DNA of 64,000 bases, taken from IMG/VR virus record IMGVR_UViG_3300043036_000358, positions 1 through 64,000 of that record; one strand, 5' to 3'. The notes below the pieces were generated by a model. The model searched no databases. It was not told where the DNA came from and saw nothing but the letters and a program-made list of their open reading frames with translations. This stretch comes from a virus (Duplodnaviria; Caudoviricetes). Made by a program: the position numbers and the translations under genes. Shown one piece after another: positions 33,885 to 42,815 of the stretch (its first letter is position 1; every line of letters begins with the position of its first letter).

Positions 33885-36800
33885 TACTTCACCTGCAAAC
33901 GAAGTGCATCGACTTCGGCTTTCAGTTCTTTGATGGCTTCAATCAGCAGCGGCACCAGTTTTTCGTAAGCAACTGCTTTAATGCCACTGCCCCTAGTACC
34001 AACAATTTCTGGTAGTACTAATTCGACTTCTTGAGCAATAACACCTGTGTCTGCTTTACGAACAAAGTAACCGTCTTCACCACCACGTTCTTCAATGTAA
34101 CTTTGCTTCCAGTCAAACATAACACCATTAAGAACCAGAACTTTATCAAGAGCACCTGTGATGTTACGAATATTTTCTTTTAGCGAACGATCTGAAGTAT
34201 AGTAGCCTGTGATGTTGCTTGTAGCGCGAATTTCACCTGTGGTGCCAGAGGCCGCCGTTCCTACTCCAAAACTATCAACCCTTATGTCAGCGGAAGTTAC
34301 AGCAGTAGCAACAGCTGCTGCTGTAACAAGCTCTGTTTTGACGTTTGCTAAAGTTTTGGGTCTAACGAATCCATCCGAAGCAGTTTCAACAAAGTAGTGC
34401 GTTGCAGCGGTTGCGGTGTCGCCAGTGCCTAAAGTGTTCAGGTTTGTTACGTAAAAGTTTCCAGAATAATTTAGTCGCGTAGTACCCGTAGGAGTTGTAG
34501 CACTTGTGTTAAAGAATCCAGCAACATCAGTTGTTCCAATAACAGCCATGGTACCTGCGGCATCAGGCATGGTTATAATTCTGTTTGCAGTTGCTGCGCT
34601 AACTAGTGAATTATAAAAAGTACCTGCAGAATTATAAATTCTAAAGTCACTTGTACCGCCAATGACTGCAGCTAATTTTGGAGCACCGGCATTAGGCGCA
34701 GTCCAAAACTGTAGTTCTCCACCACCAGTTGTGCCAACAGCAACTCCTAGTATATACGTGGTATCACCAGCACCGCCTGCTGCTGCGTCACGTGCATTAA
34801 AATAAATACCACCAAGCTCTTGACCAGCAGCTAGACTTGTATCATTTGATCCAAGTCGGATTCGTGAGGAGGCACCGTATAGTGAAATATCAACGGTTCT
34901 TACTGTATCAACAGTAATCAAACCACCAGAGCCAGTTCCGCCTAGTGCAGTAATGGTTAGTGTATTACCAACTTGGAATCCAGAACCCCGCTCAGTAATT
35001 GTAGCAACTGTTACTATCCCACCTACTACAGTAAAGTCAAAGGTAGCGTATACACCCTGTCCACCACTTAACACAATATTTGGGTAAGATCCGTCTACGT
35101 AATCAGTACCGCCTGAAGTTAAGGTATATGTAAGAATTGGGCCTGAGTTAGCAGGCATATCTTTCCACAATGTAGCAAAGCGAAGATCGTTAATTCTAGA
35201 ACCAGCTGTAGTACTTTGTGCAGTTAGCGCGGAAGCTGCTGCTAGGTAGTAAGTTGTGCCTGAACTATACAACGTTGGAACTGTTAAGTTACCAGTTAGT
35301 GTTCCGCCGGCGATTGGTAAATAACTAGTAGCATTGCTAAGTGGTGTAAAACCCAGTGCAGTAGTAACGTTAGCGCTAGTAATTTCGCCACGAATAGTTG
35401 CTGAACTTTTATTTTCAACGCTACCTAAACCTACATCGCTGCTAGTAAGCGTAACGATACCGGTTTTACCAGCTACACTATCTACAGCACCGCTGTTAAA
35501 TGACACGTAAACAGTACCGCCCCAACGATAAGTTTTGTTGGTGTCTAGGTCAATATAAATTTTACCGGTTTCGCCTGTGGCTGGAAAAGCCGCTAGGTTA
35601 GCGTATTCTAAGACGTCGTCTACGTAACTTGGCAGTCTAGCAGCATCAATTGTACCGCTGGTAATTTTGTTGGCATCAAGACTAGGTATGTCTGCTGCTT
35701 GAATTGCAGACATTACCACATTTGTACCGTTACCGCGAAGGTAGCTACCACTTGTAACAGCACCTGCAAAAGCATTCATGCCTAGTTGCGCTGTTGCAGC
35801 CCCACTACCACCGTTAGCTAAGGCTACTACACCTGTAACGTTTGTTGCATTGCCAGTTAAGTCGGCAGTTATTCCATTAGGTACTTCAAGAGTACTAGAT
35901 ATTGTACGAACAGTTGAGGTTGTCGTAACTTCAGTTAAACCAGCTGTATTTAGTGCGGTTAGTGCTACAGTTTGTTGCAGGTAGTTATAGTCGCCACGTT
36001 CTTGAACGCGCAGTGACCAACCAATGTTTTGAAGTGATGCATTAGTAGTATATCCAATTACTACCAGACCACTAGCAGTATCGTGATAAACACGAACATT
36101 GATTACTCTGCCAAGATTTGTGATTTCTTCTTCAAAAAATGTAAAAGATTTTGAACTAACTGGTGTATCTGTGCGTATGTTTAGTATAAAACGGTTTACA
36201 CCAACTGAGGCACCACTGCCACCACGAATTTCGCCAACAATTGCAACGTTTTGGCTAACACCAGTAAAGGTTAATCGCCCAAGTTCATATAGTGTACTAC
36301 CAACAACTGTGGTGCTAAACCCAGATGCATAGTCACGTACATATACATTAGTACCTTGCAGAATTTGTGATGCTTTTAGTATACCTGTACTGGTTAAATT
36401 TCCAGATATAGTAGTATTGCCATCACTGGTCATTCTTAGACCAACACCGCCAGCCACGCTTGACCAAGGTGCAATAACTAAAGCACCGGCGTTTTGTGTT
36501 CCGGTTGAGAAAATAAGGCCAGTATCGTCAGTTTGTACAATCGAGTTATAACTACCAGCACCAAGTCTTGGGTAAACTCTTAGTGCGTAATTACCATTTG
36601 CAAATACAGCAGACGCTGTTGTAGAGGCTACAGCTCCACCTACGTTTGTTATAAGTGTATCTGTAAAAGTTTTTGAACCAGCAATAATTTGTGCACCGGT
36701 AGTATATACACCATTAGTTACGGTGTCTGCATTACCTGCAGTTGCAACGTTTAAGTTAGCAACACGTGTAGTTGATGCAACTACAAATGGTGCAGTATTG

Positions 36801-37402
36801 GTTACTACTGTAGATGTTATCTGAGAACTTGTGGTTAAGCCACCACTAAAACTTTGTCCATTTTGGGAACTTAATAAACCAGTTGTTTGATTTATTACAA
36901 ATGGTCTAAGTGTGTTCCAAGTACCACTAGGGCTAGTACCAGCGGCACTAAAAAGAATATAGTAATCGGTACCATCTTTTCTATGAATTACTGTTGAGTC
37001 ATTATTGACACTATTTTTAAGTAATAACTGGTTTCCACCAGCTGTAAAGTTTGTGACACCACTATAAGTCCAAGTACCATATGCGGATATATTTGAAGCT
37101 ACCCCGCTAACCTCCGAACCAATAGTTATATTTGTTGTTGAGCCTGTCTGTCCACCAGTACCCAATTTGATGGTCTTGGTTGTGGCATTAGCAGTTAGAC
37201 CAGTGCCCAGGTTTAGGGTTTGTGCCGCTGTGGACTGACCAATCGTAATAGGGGCTGTGCTAGTAGTGGTGCCAACAGTAAGTGCACCATCGACTTTTAA
37301 GTCACCAGGAATATTTAGTGAATCACCATCTTGATAAGCAAGCTTGCCTAAGTATTGATTTAGCGGAACTTGGTTGGGTAGTGTTCCAAATAATTGTGGC
37401 AT
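33884..37402 (-). CDS. tail fibre protein with a C-terminal peptidase S74 chaperone
   Basis: Fibre repeats, LPSYVDDVLEY...GETGKIY motif, SDRSLKENI...GVIAQEVE...AYEKLVPLLIEAIKEL. Confidence 0.9.
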   Translation of the reverse strand: MPQLFGTLPNQVPLNQYLGKLAYQDGDSLNIPGDLKVDGALTVGTTTSTAPITIGQSTAAQTLNLGTGLTANATTKTIKLGTGGQTGSTTNITIGSEVSGVASNISAYGTWTYSGVTNFTAGGNQLLLKNSVNNDSTVIHRKDGTDYYILFSAAGTSPSGTWNTLRPFVINQTTGLLSSQNGQSFSGGLTTSSQITSTVVTNTAPFVVASTTRVANLNVATAGNADTVTNGVYTTGAQIIAGSKTFTDTLITNVGGAVASTTASAVFANGNYALRVYPRLGAGSYNSIVQTDDTGLIFSTGTQNAGALVIAPWSSVAGGVGLRMTSDGNTTISGNLTSTGILKASQILQGTNVYVRDYASGFSTTVVGSTLYELGRLTFTGVSQNVAIVGEIRGGSGASVGVNRFILNIRTDTPVSSKSFTFFEEEITNLGRVINVRVYHDTASGLVVIGYTTNASLQNIGWSLRVQERGDYNYLQQTVALTALNTAGLTEVTTTSTVRTISSTLEVPNGITADLTGNATNVTGVVALANGGSGAATAQLGMNAFAGAVTSGSYLRGNGTNVVMSAIQAADIPSLDANKITSGTIDAARLPSYVDDVLEYANLAAFPATGETGKIYIDLDTNKTYRWGGTVYVSFNSGAVDSVAGKTGIVTLTSSDVGLGSVENKSSATIRGEITSANVTTALGFTPLSNATSYLPIAGGTLTGNLTVPTLYSSGTTYYLAAASALTAQSTTAGSRINDLRFATLWKDMPANSGPILTYTLTSGGTDYVDGSYPNIVLSGGQGVYATFDFTVVGGIVTVATITERGSGFQVGNTLTITALGGTGSGGLITVDTVRTVDISLYGASSRIRLGSNDTSLAAGQELGGIYFNARDAAAGGAGDTTYILGVAVGTTGGGELQFWTAPNAGAPKLAAVIGGTSDFRIYNSAGTFYNSLVSAATANRIITMPDAAGTMAVIGTTDVAGFFNTSATTPTGTTRLNYSGNFYVTNLNTLGTGDTATAATHYFVETASDGFVRPKTLANVKTELVTAAAVATAVTSADIRVDSFGVGTAASGTTGEIRATSNITGYYTSDRSLKENIRNITGALDKVLVLNGVMFDWKQSYIEERGGEDGYFVRKADTGVIAQEVELVLPEIVGTRGSGIKAVAYEKLVPLLIEAIKELKAEVDALRLQVK

Positions 37403-37414
37403 ATATTTTTTCCT

Positions 37415-37639
37415 TTATGCCCAAACTCGTTGTGGCGTTGCGGGTGTTATTTGAAATGGCTCTAAAGCTTCGGCATCTTCACCAGCTACCAATCGCACAT
37501 TAACATGCCAACCTGGAACAGCCTGCTCGTTTTTGTATACCGCGCCAACGGTGTCGATATTCTTATAGTTGGGCACGTTTTCTCTATACAACACAACCCT
37601 AGCTTGATATTCATCTGCGAAAGATAAGTAATAGTCCAT
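37415..37639 (-). CDS. small fibre-associated protein
   Basis: DYYL.FADE..A...L...ID..G......GWHVNVR...P.TP.RVWA pattern seen next to phage fibres. Confidence 0.7.
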   Translation of the reverse strand: MDYYLSFADEYQARVVLYRENVPNYKNIDTVGAVYKNEQAVPGWHVNVRLVAGEDAEALEPFQITPATPQRVWA

Positions 37640-37648
37640 TCGGTATCC

Positions 37649-38965
37649 TTAACTTGTTAGGGCTTGTAGTTGAGTGTTTGTAACACGAGCAGGGTAGTAG
37701 GCAATCTTTTTTAACGTACCATTAAAAGCGCCTGCAGCAAACGTAAACTGAGTAACCGTAGGCACAACTCCTACAATATCAGTTATTGGTGTTTGATCTG
37801 GTACAACGTAAGCAAAATCATTTGTCTTGTAGGCATAAGCATATTTTCTAAAGACGTTTGGCGTGACTGTAAACTCAGCAGTATCTACATGATTTGTGTT
37901 ACCAGATGTAACATAGAAGTCCGCACCAGAGTTAATAACAATACCACATCTCAATGTAATAAGGTTTGAACTAGTTGCGTCATCAACTCTTAGAATACTA
38001 TTTGTTCCAGTTAATGGGAGACCTGCGAGAGTAAATTCACCATACATTGCCCCTTCAGCTTGGTTATACCAACTTGAAAAGTTTGTTCCAGTCATAATTG
38101 CAACATCTGCGGCGCGAGTAGCCTGTGCAGCCACTGTGGGGATGTAGCTAGTAGGAAAAGTTGCACTGGTAGTTGCAGTTCCTACCTCTGTTTGTTCGCC
38201 CCAAATAATAAAAGTCTGGGCTGTTCCGGCGCTGTCTGGGCGTGCAAATAATCTAACGCTGGTTGTATCTGCGGCAAAAGCAAACCAGTACCTATACCAG
38301 CCATTACCAACTGCTTGAGATCCAGAACCAAGAAGAGTTCCACTTGTTGCTGTAATTGCACCAGTTGTGGGATTAACAACTATATGACGACCAGCACCGG
38401 TATCATCACGAAGCATAATCGAGGTTGCTGTTCCGGCCTTAATGAACACAGAGTGACAATAATTTGTTGCGACGGTTGCGTTTACGGTTTGGTATATACC
38501 AAGACCACTATCAGCAGTAACTGTATCTGCTGATACTGTGCCATCTGGAGCAACTGTTGTGTTGCTTGTGACTGTTACACCCGCACTTTTTGTCCAGGCT
38601 ACGTTATCAAACTGTGCAGAGTAAGTCAGCAAGTTTGTTCGCTGTTCTTCAATCAACAATCCTAGTGATTCGTCTGTAGCTGGGTTGTGATCAAATCGCG
38701 GCACACCAGATGCGGCTGTTTGCATAACGCCCAATTGGTTATAGTAAGTTGCCACACTAGCGCGGGTAAAAGTAATGCGAGGATCAAGTTGTCTAGTATT
38801 AGCAAAATCAAGCAGCAGCGTTGGCTTGCTTGCTGGATAGTTGCTAAAACTCATTAACTGTGTGAGATCTGTGTTTAAGTTAATAAAGTTATTGTCTAGC
38901 TCTGTATTAGTAAGGGGACGTGCAACGGATGTATCCCCTGTTTGGCGAGTAACTATGGTTGCCAT
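37649..38965 (-). CDS. fibre/spike protein with a carbohydrate-binding-like domain
   Basis: TIVTR...PLTN.ELD.NF.NLN start; LLLDFA...ITFTRAS...PRFDH....LGLLIEEQRTNLL...PTSYIPT...TRAAD. Confidence 0.8.
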   Translation of the reverse strand: MATIVTRQTGDTSVARPLTNTELDNNFINLNTDLTQLMSFSNYPASKPTLLLDFANTRQLDPRITFTRASVATYYNQLGVMQTAASGVPRFDHNPATDESLGLLIEEQRTNLLTYSAQFDNVAWTKSAGVTVTSNTTVAPDGTVSADTVTADSGLGIYQTVNATVATNYCHSVFIKAGTATSIMLRDDTGAGRHIVVNPTTGAITATSGTLLGSGSQAVGNGWYRYWFAFAADTTSVRLFARPDSAGTAQTFIIWGEQTEVGTATTSATFPTSYIPTVAAQATRAADVAIMTGTNFSSWYNQAEGAMYGEFTLAGLPLTGTNSILRVDDATSSNLITLRCGIVINSGADFYVTSGNTNHVDTAEFTVTPNVFRKYAYAYKTNDFAYVVPDQTPITDIVGVVPTVTQFTFAAGAFNGTLKKIAYYPARVTNTQLQALTS

Positions 38966-38989
38966 GAGTATCCCTTAAACTATTAAAAA

Positions 38990-39454
38990 TTAAGCTATTG
39001 TTACTTTCCAAGTAATTACTAGCGTATCTAGTGCTTCTTTGTTAATAACTGGAAACACTGTGCGGCATAGCATTGTACCGCTTGTAAGAGCATTGAAAAT
39101 ACCTGCTTCGCTAATAGCGGCAGTTGCAGCTGGTACGTTAGGACCAAAAGTGGCAACATACTGAATTGAGTCGCCAGCTAACGTTGTGGTTACAATTGTA
39201 GTTGAGTCTAGCACAACTCGCGCACCAAGTGGTGTAGTTAGCGCAGTTTGAGCTGTTGCTGCTGCTGTAGCACCACCACTACCAACACCCATGTGTGTCA
39301 TTACAGTAGCAGTGGCATCCTTCATACGGCTAGCAATATACGCTAAGCCAGCGGTTACTACTAAGTTGGTCTCATCTTGTTGTTTGATGTTACCGTTTTG
39401 ATCCGTTAGTACCAGTGTTAAGGTACCTTTGGCTTTAATTGAATCATTTACCAT
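38990..39454 (-). CDS. virion structural protein (fibre-anchor/collar-like)
   Basis: NLVVT.G...IASR...HM.VG.G...ISEAG.FNA..SGTMLCRT.F.V.NK...DTL.ITW.VT. Confidence 0.75.
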   Translation of the reverse strand: MVNDSIKAKGTLTLVLTDQNGNIKQQDETNLVVTAGLAYIASRMKDATATVMTHMGVGSGGATAAATAQTALTTPLGARVVLDSTTIVTTTLAGDSIQYVATFGPNVPAATAAISEAGIFNALTSGTMLCRTVFPVINKEALDTLVITWKVTIA

Positions 39455-39464
39455 GATATATCCT

Positions 39465-41261
39465 TTAAGAAAAATTGGTGTTAGTTCCTACGTACCCAGC
39501 AGTTGTATATGTGCTAGCAGTGTAGTTTTGGTTATTAGCGAAACCACTGTCAGTATTAACAAGTGTTTCTTGAAAAAATCGATTTCCAAACTTAAAAAAC
39601 GAAATTAAGTCTAGGCTAGACACAGTCTCAGTTCTGGCTTTATTTATTAATAGGGTACGTCTTTCAGTATTACTGGTGTAGTCAACCACACGTTTACCTA
39701 CACTGGCTATCTGATCATCGTCTGTGTTGGCTACACCAAAGAAGTCGTCTGTGGCATCTACGCCATCCAAGAACGCTCTGTTAAAAGCCGTAGTTCTGGT
39801 AAATAAGTCACTAGCATCAGCGGCCTCTGTTATTGGCTTGCCAAACAGCATAGATTCTTGATCTGCTGCAGTCTTTGCTTCCAGTAAACTTTTGGCAAAA
39901 CTAATTGTTTTTTGATCTGCTGTAGTTTTTGTTTCTGTAACCGCTTTATTAACCCGCAGCGTTTTTTGATCAGAAACAATTTGCGGTGTTTCGGTTAGGG
40001 GCTTAGTAAACGTCCAGGCTTCTTGATCTGCGACAGTTTTTGCTTCCAGTAAGGGTTTTGTAAAACTCAGAGCTTTTTGATCTGATGCAGTTTCTGTTTC
40101 TGTAACTGCCTTGTTAACCACCAGCGTTTTTTGATCAGAAACAATTCTGGGCGTTTCAGTTACAGCCTTAGTAAACGTCCAGGCTTCTTGATCTTGAGCA
40201 TCGGCAGCTTCAAATAAGCGCCTGCTAGTACGTACGGCTATTCGATCTACTGCAGTTTTTGTTTCTGTAACCGCTTTACCAACTCGCAGCGTTTTTTGAT
40301 CAGAAACAACTTGCGGTGTTTCACTTACAGCCTTGGTAAAGGCCCAGCTTTTTTGTTCTGCGGTAGTTTGTGATTCTGCTATAGCCCTATTAAAAACAAC
40401 AACTCTGCTAAATATATCACCAATAGTGCTTACTTCTAGCAGTGCTTTAGTATAAGTTTTATTAAGTAAGTCAAGGTTATTGATATAGTCAGCCACGCGT
40501 TTACCTACGCTGGCTATCTGGTCATCGTCTGTATTAGCCACGCCAAAGAAATCATCTGTGGCGTCTACACTATCTAAGAACACTCTGTTAAATGCTGCAG
40601 TTCTGGTAAATAAGTCACTAGCGTCAGTTGTTTCTGAGACCGCCTTACCAAAACGCAGGGTTTTTTGGTCTGCTACAACACTTGCTTCCAGCAATTTCTT
40701 GCCAATATTTAATATGTCTTGATCTTGTGCAGTTTTTGCTTCTGCAAGTACTTTACCTAAAGATACTTGTTTGATATCAGATGCATCTGCTAGATCCGTT
40801 ACAGCCTTAGTAAGTTTAATAACTCTGTACGCGTCACTTGCTATTTTTTGTTCTAGTAGTGATTTACTTACACGTTTTGAGAATCGTTCAGAACTACTTA
40901 GTGTTTCTCGTAAGCCCTTACCAGATCGTAGGGTTACCTTATCAGTTGCAGCATAGTATTCTTCCAATCTTTTAAATAAACCTGGGCTAGGAACGTTTTC
41001 CTCACCCATATTTACCACTGTACCAAATACTTTTACAGCATCTACTGCCGTATTTATTGTAGTGCTGCTATTTACAGCCGTACTTAAAGTTGTACTAGTT
41101 ACATCAGTTACTTTTGTGGTATATACGGATGTATTTACCACGGTTTGGCTGCTTACATTAGTAGTTATATTCGTGGTAGTTACATCTGTTACTTTTGGAG
41201 TGTATGTTGGTGTAGTAGCACTAACTATTTGTGCTGTAGTTTGTACTATTTTATCAGACAT
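39465..41261 (-). CDS. repetitive probable virion protein with about 18-19-aa repeats
   Basis: Recurrent K.(V/L)TE.....DQ... units; the block DATDDFFGVANTDDDQIASVGKRV occurs twice. Confidence 0.8.
   Translation of the reverse strand: MSDKIVQTTAQIVSATTPTYTPKVTDVTTTNITTNVSSQTVVNTSVYTTKVTDVTSTTLSTAVNSSTTINTAVDAVKVFGTVVNMGEENVPSPGLFKRLEEYYAATDKVTLRSGKGLRETLSSSERFSKRVSKSLLEQKIASDAYRVIKLTKAVTDLADASDIKQVSLGKVLAEAKTAQDQDILNIGKKLLEASVVADQKTLRFGKAVSETTDASDLFTRTAAFNRVFLDSVDATDDFFGVANTDDDQIASVGKRVADYINNLDLLNKTYTKALLEVSTIGDIFSRVVVFNRAIAESQTTAEQKSWAFTKAVSETPQVVSDQKTLRVGKAVTETKTAVDRIAVRTSRRLFEAADAQDQEAWTFTKAVTETPRIVSDQKTLVVNKAVTETETASDQKALSFTKPLLEAKTVADQEAWTFTKPLTETPQIVSDQKTLRVNKAVTETKTTADQKTISFAKSLLEAKTAADQESMLFGKPITEAADASDLFTRTTAFNRAFLDGVDATDDFFGVANTDDDQIASVGKRVVDYTSNTERRTLLINKARTETVSSLDLISFFKFGNRFFQETLVNTDSGFANNQNYTASTYTTAGYVGTNTNFS
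39650..40640. repeat. intragenic repeats: 165-bp period (three copies) nested between two blocks 807 bp apart
   Basis: CGTTTTTTGATCAGAAACAA at 39960, 40125 and 40290; CCAAAGAA-containing blocks at about 39736 and 40543. Confidence 0.85.
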
Positions 41262-41268
41262 AACTACC

Positions 41269-41895
41269 TCATGTTACAGTTTGGTTTACGTCTACAGTTA
41301 CATCAGTTGGACTAAATAATATTTCAACCATACCACGCACTGGCTTAAATGTACGCGGAAAATTCATAGAATCTGTTGGTTCCGTTACTCGCAGCTCAAA
41401 AAATCCGTATACCGGAGAGTCTACTTTTGGCTGAACGCTCCAAGTGGCTGCCATAGTGGACGGAAATCGCAGATAAATAGTGTTTAGTGTAGTTTCAACC
41501 CACAGTGGGTCTACAGTTGGTGCCCCGGTGGTAATACCAGCGCCTTTTGTAAGTTTATAGTATTTGCCTACGTGTAGCACTACTTCTTCCTTGTTGTACG
41601 CTGATCCAGCTCCCCACGTACCTATTAATCGGGGAATTCTAATAACCAGTTTATCTTGTACGCCGCCGACTCGTACATCCACAGGTATTTCGGTTTGACC
41701 GCTGACGTTAGCTGCTTCAACAACTACCGCTTCGTACACATAGTTCAGATTTGAGGGGGTTTTTATTGACGCGTCTTCAACGAAGTTAAGTACTATTGGG
41801 AATTCTAGTTGCTCACCTTTTACAAAACTCCACAACACAGCTCCACCATCGGCAATAAGATCTAGTGTTGTATTAGTTAGTCTTGATCTTGCCAT
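41269..41895 (-). CDS. virion structural protein (BppU-like beta-sandwich with a CBM-like insert)
   Basis: GEQLEFPI.LNF...YGFFELRV.E...T.KP.RG.VE..FSPT; W...AYN...VV..GKYY insert. Confidence 0.6.
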   Translation of the reverse strand: MARSRLTNTTLDLIADGGAVLWSFVKGEQLEFPIVLNFVEDASIKTPSNLNYVYEAVVVEAANVSGQTEIPVDVRVGGVQDKLVIRIPRLIGTWGAGSAYNKEEVVLHVGKYYKLTKGAGITTGAPTVDPLWVETTLNTIYLRFPSTMAATWSVQPKVDSPVYGFFELRVTEPTDSMNFPRTFKPVRGMVEILFSPTDVTVDVNQTVT

Positions 41896-42229
41896 ACTTT
41901 TCCTTTTGTGTAATGGTTTTTAGTTCACTTATTTCAGCAGTTAGCGCTATTACTTCTACTTGCAGACGCTGATTTTCAAGTGTTAGGTTCTGTAGTTGCG
42001 TACTTAACGCAATAATTTCAGTATGAAGTCTTCCAAGCTCTGTGCTTAGTGCAGTATTCTGCGTGCTCATTCTGTCGAGTTCATTGTGCATAAGTGTTAT
42101 TACACTTGTTTCTGCACTTGTACCACGCCAGTCTTTTATGATTTTTTGAGCTCCAACAAAAACGGCTATAACTGCCAGGGCTATTAAGCCGGCACCTTCT
42201 ACTAATTGATCTGTTATATTACTTAGCAT
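41873..42229 (-). CDS. single-TM coiled-coil protein (holin-like candidate)
   Basis: TM AGLIALAVIAVFVGA, then long heptads. Confidence 0.6.
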   Translation of the reverse strand: MLSNITDQLVEGAGLIALAVIAVFVGAQKIIKDWRGTSAETSVITLMHNELDRMSTQNTALSTELGRLHTEIIALSTQLQNLTLENQRLQVEVIALTAEISELKTITQKEKYGKIKTN

Positions 42230-42354
42230 GCTTGTGTTCCTGCCTGTTAAAGTTACTAATATGTTGCGCTTGCTACGGTTTAGGGTGGTAGTAAGCTTTA
42301 AGCGGTTTTAAGTTTGTCAAGTAAAAACTATCATACCTTAAAAGATTTTGTACT

Positions 42355-42383
42355 ATTATAGCATATAGGGTCCATCTTGTCAA
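42355..42383 (-). promoter_or_regulatory. consensus sigma70 promoter within the structural arm
   Basis: Minus strand TTGACA-17 bp-TATAAT. Confidence 0.9.
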
Positions 42384-42386
42384 TGC

Positions 42387-42421
42387 AAAAAAATACCCTG
42401 CCCATTTGCATGGACAGGGTA
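42387..42421 (-). terminator. Rho-independent terminator
   Basis: Minus strand ACCCTGTCCAT-GCAA-ATGGGCAGGGT-ATTTTTTT. Confidence 0.85.
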
Positions 42422-42435
42422 AAGTTTTATTTTTA

Positions 42436-42801
42436 TCACAAAGTAATATTTGAAGCTATGCTAGCTGGAGTAGTATTTTGTTGTGACTGACTTTGACGTA
42501 AGTCTCTGGCTTCTGCTAAATCAAGGTATAGTGAATACAGGGCCTGGTACACAAGGGACTGTAGAATTACATTTCCAGTTTTTTCACCTGTTTCAGGATT
42601 ACGTAGACTAATTAAGTATTCTGGGTCGAACCTAGTACTTAAGATACCAGATTCGGTTTTAAATATTTTATCACCAAGTTGTGCTATATTTTCTTCAAAA
42701 AACGTTATGTTCTTATTTCCAGCATATTCATTGTTTATAATTACTTGTTTTGCTCGTGTCCAGCTAGTTCCTGAACCTGTTTGTTCTTTATAATTTGCCA
42801 T
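42436..42801 (-). CDS. hypothetical fibre-associated protein
   Basis: NYKE..GSGTSW.RA..V.I.N...I.F.EE...L.NP.TG...YQ.LYSLY...A..RD pattern seen after phage fibres. Confidence 0.75.
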   Translation of the reverse strand: MANYKEQTGSGTSWTRAKQVIINNEYAGNKNITFFEENIAQLGDKIFKTESGILSTRFDPEYLISLRNPETGEKTGNVILQSLVYQALYSLYLDLAEARDLRQSQSQQNTTPASIASNITL

Positions 42802-42815
42802 GTGTTACCTTATTG

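Noticed and set aside
39650-40640. CRISPR-like array from the recurring TTTTGATCAGAAACAA motif
   Set aside because: The period is 165 bp, in frame inside a CDS, and the intervening sequences are themselves similar; these are protein repeats, with no cas genes.
23900-42421. Shared 13-mer AAAAATACCCTGC near 23927 and 42389
   Set aside because: Only two copies; one is part of a terminator stem and the arm order differs, so chance is plausible.
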